NCBI GenBank assembly: GCA_964468425.1
Contig: CAYXSZ010000037.1
Span: 1 to 5,856, forward strand
Length of the DNA: 5,856 nucleotides
Direction of reading: 5' to 3'
Origin: Candidatus Woesearchaeota archaeon
Lineage (GTDB): Archaea > Nanobdellota > Nanobdellia > Nanobdellales > Nanobdellaceae
Below are positions 4,698-5,856 of this stretch, piece by piece (the first letter of the stretch is position 1; the number at the start of each line of letters is the position of its first letter). The notes under the pieces are model-generated. The model was not told where the DNA came from. It ran no database searches and worked only from the letters and a program-made list of their open reading frames with translations. The position numbers and the translations under genes were made by a program.

Positions 4698-5573
4698 TTA
4701 AGAGCTATGGACTACAGTAACGGATCCGTAATCTATCTCTCTAAAAACTACATAACTCATGTTGAGAACTATCGATATTATATCTCTTTCCTTAACATCT
4801 GTGGGAAGCTCGATTGAAATTAGCTTAGACTCGCCAGAGCTACTTAGCATAATTTTTTTCTTTACATGTTCGCATTTATTTGCACAAATTAGTAGATCTG
4901 CTAAAACAGAAACTTCTCCCTTTTCGGGAGAAACTGCTTGAGAAAGGTAACACTTGTTATTTAAAACGTCATAATTGTCTGTGATATAAGTCCAATTTCT
5001 AGGAAAGTAGGTTACTTTAAAGTTTAGAGTAAACAAGTCTTTTGTTAAGTCGTATTTGGAAAACACATTAGAGACCGATATATAACCACTCGTTTTTTCA
5101 TCGATGGAGAATGTGCACTTCGTATCTTTCTTCAAGCAACCCGTTAAAACATATGTTTGGGTATAATCAAAGCATTGATTAACTATTATACGCTCCGTTA
5201 AGTCGTGATCGATTTGCTCCTTAAGGTATATTCTCCCCCCATCTGGAAGAGAAGCTGTTTCACTTCCTTTAACATATTTTTTTACGCAGCGAGCTCCCGT
5301 TATTTTCCAGTATCCACTACTGAAAGAATTTAGACAAAGTGTTACTGTACCCTCGTATGGTGTCTCTATTCGAAAGTCAAAAGAAAATCCTACAGACCTT
5401 GCGTAATCTTCTTCAACATTGTCTCCATAAGGAGTTATCAAAGAGACTGTTACTGTTTTAACGGAAGGGATTGGCGTTTCGGATGTAGAATGTGTATTGA
5501 AGTTTAGTAAAGATTGCAAGCATCCGGAAAGAAATAGAAGAGGTATAATTAGAAAAATTGTAATCCGTTTCAT
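4698..5573 (-). CDS. Secreted/membrane-anchored Cys-rich protein with lipoprotein-type signal peptide (291 aa), function unknown
   Basis: 'MKRITIFLIIPLLFLSGC' has a basic n-region, a hydrophobic core and an L-S-G-C lipobox (nt 5520-5531). The mature part is beta-rich (T/S/V/Y) with 8 further Cys. Composition is clearly non-cytoplasmic compared with the neighbouring genes. No family was recognised. Confidence 0.7.
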   Translation of the reverse strand: MKRITIFLIIPLLFLSGCLQSLLNFNTHSTSETPIPSVKTVTVSLITPYGDNVEEDYARSVGFSFDFRIETPYEGTVTLCLNSFSSGYWKITGARCVKKYVKGSETASLPDGGRIYLKEQIDHDLTERIIVNQCFDYTQTYVLTGCLKKDTKCTFSIDEKTSGYISVSNVFSKYDLTKDLFTLNFKVTYFPRNWTYITDNYDVLNNKCYLSQAVSPEKGEVSVLADLLICANKCEHVKKKIMLSSSGESKLISIELPTDVKERDIISIVLNMSYVVFREIDYGSVTVVHSS

Positions 5574-5579
5574 TAAAAA

Positions 5580-5855
5580 TTAATCGATTTTAACTAGCTT
5601 AGCTGGACCCAATTTCTCAAGTTTACAATAGTGATAGCTTAGCTTCATAGAAACTACTGCAGATTTTCCTACGATCAAGCTGTCGTCAGGTAGACTACAC
5701 TTACCGGATTTATCACATTGATCTTTCAGACTATCAAGATCTACAAAGCAAGTAATCGTGCTAGTTTGTGATGTATATAGAATTTTATTGCCACTTTTAT
5801 CTATACTATATCCGCTACATTTGAGGACTCCGGTTCCATCGTTGTCTTGAAAAGA
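5580..5855 (-). CDS. C-terminal 91 codons of a Cys-rich protein; the ORF continues beyond the window and is absent from the ORF track; probable paralog of the downstream lipoprotein
   Basis: My translation of the - strand from 5855 gives SFQDNDGTGVLKCSGYSIDKSGNKILYTSQTSTITCFVDLDSLKDQCDKSGKCSLPDDSLIVGKSAVVSMKLSYHYCKLEKLGPAKLVKID*, with TAA at 5582-5580. It is open for all 91 codons, while one of the other two - strand frames stops within 14 codons of the window edge (the third was not translated). It contains 5 Cys. It ends 6 nt before the ATG of the lipoprotein gene. Confidence 0.55.
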   Translation of the reverse strand, partial: SFQDNDGTGVLKCSGYSIDKSGNKILYTSQTSTITCFVDLDSLKDQCDKSGKCSLPDDSLIVGKSAVVSMKLSYHYCKLEKLGPAKLVKID

Positions 5856-5856
5856 A

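Noticed and set aside
4759-4941. 60-aa + strand ORF from the track
   Set aside because: It lies antisense within the lipoprotein CDS, has no motif and sits at the minimum length.
5595-5644. 10-bp direct repeat TAGCTTAGCT (5595-5604 and 5635-5644)
   Set aside because: It lies inside the partial CDS (encoding KLS / AKL). A single 10-mer recurrence in an AT-biased 5.9-kb window is expected by chance. It has no spacer-repeat periodicity and no flanking mobile-element genes.
1-5856. CRISPR arrays, IS elements/transposases, integrases, toxin-antitoxin or known defence genes
   Set aside because: I found no periodic repeats, no terminal inverted repeats and no ORF with nuclease, transposase or integrase motifs. 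Apart from the small spacers described above, the window is fully accounted for by the listed CDSs.

Overview
This is a visibly AT-rich archaeal chromosomal segment; base composition was not computed. The proteins are K/E/I-rich, which suggests a thermophile, and the lineage cannot be assigned from the sequence alone. Coding density is very high. Most of the window is translation and proteostasis housekeeping. On the + strand is the 3' part of aIF5B/infB. On the - strand are ribosomal protein S6e and a tightly packed aIF2-alpha / Nop10 / PAC2-family proteasome-assembly-chaperone cluster, with a 4-nt ATGA overlap and a 3-nt gap between genes. The poorly characterised genes interleaved with these are:
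- a 162-aa orphan convergent with infB;
- a ~1.2-kb islet (1770-2945) holding a class-III-signal-peptide (type IV pilin-like) protein, ATGA-coupled to a KaiC/RecA-like ATPase ORF that ends where the Walker B strand should be, plus a small basic zinc-ribbon ORF;
- two tandem Cys-rich secreted proteins just upstream of aIF2-alpha, one with a lipobox signal peptide. The other runs off the 3' window edge and is missing from the ORF track.

Intergenic spacers are 6-88 bp, and several carry TATA-like boxes about 26-28 nt from the ATG, which is consistent with leaderless mRNAs. I found no rRNA, tRNA, CRISPR array, transposase or long repeat. I also do not see a complete, clearly novel multi-gene system. 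The most promising leads are the pilin / half-KaiC pair, the possibly degenerate MPN-like orphan, and the Cys-rich lipoprotein paralogs that appear to be co-transcribed with aIF2-alpha.
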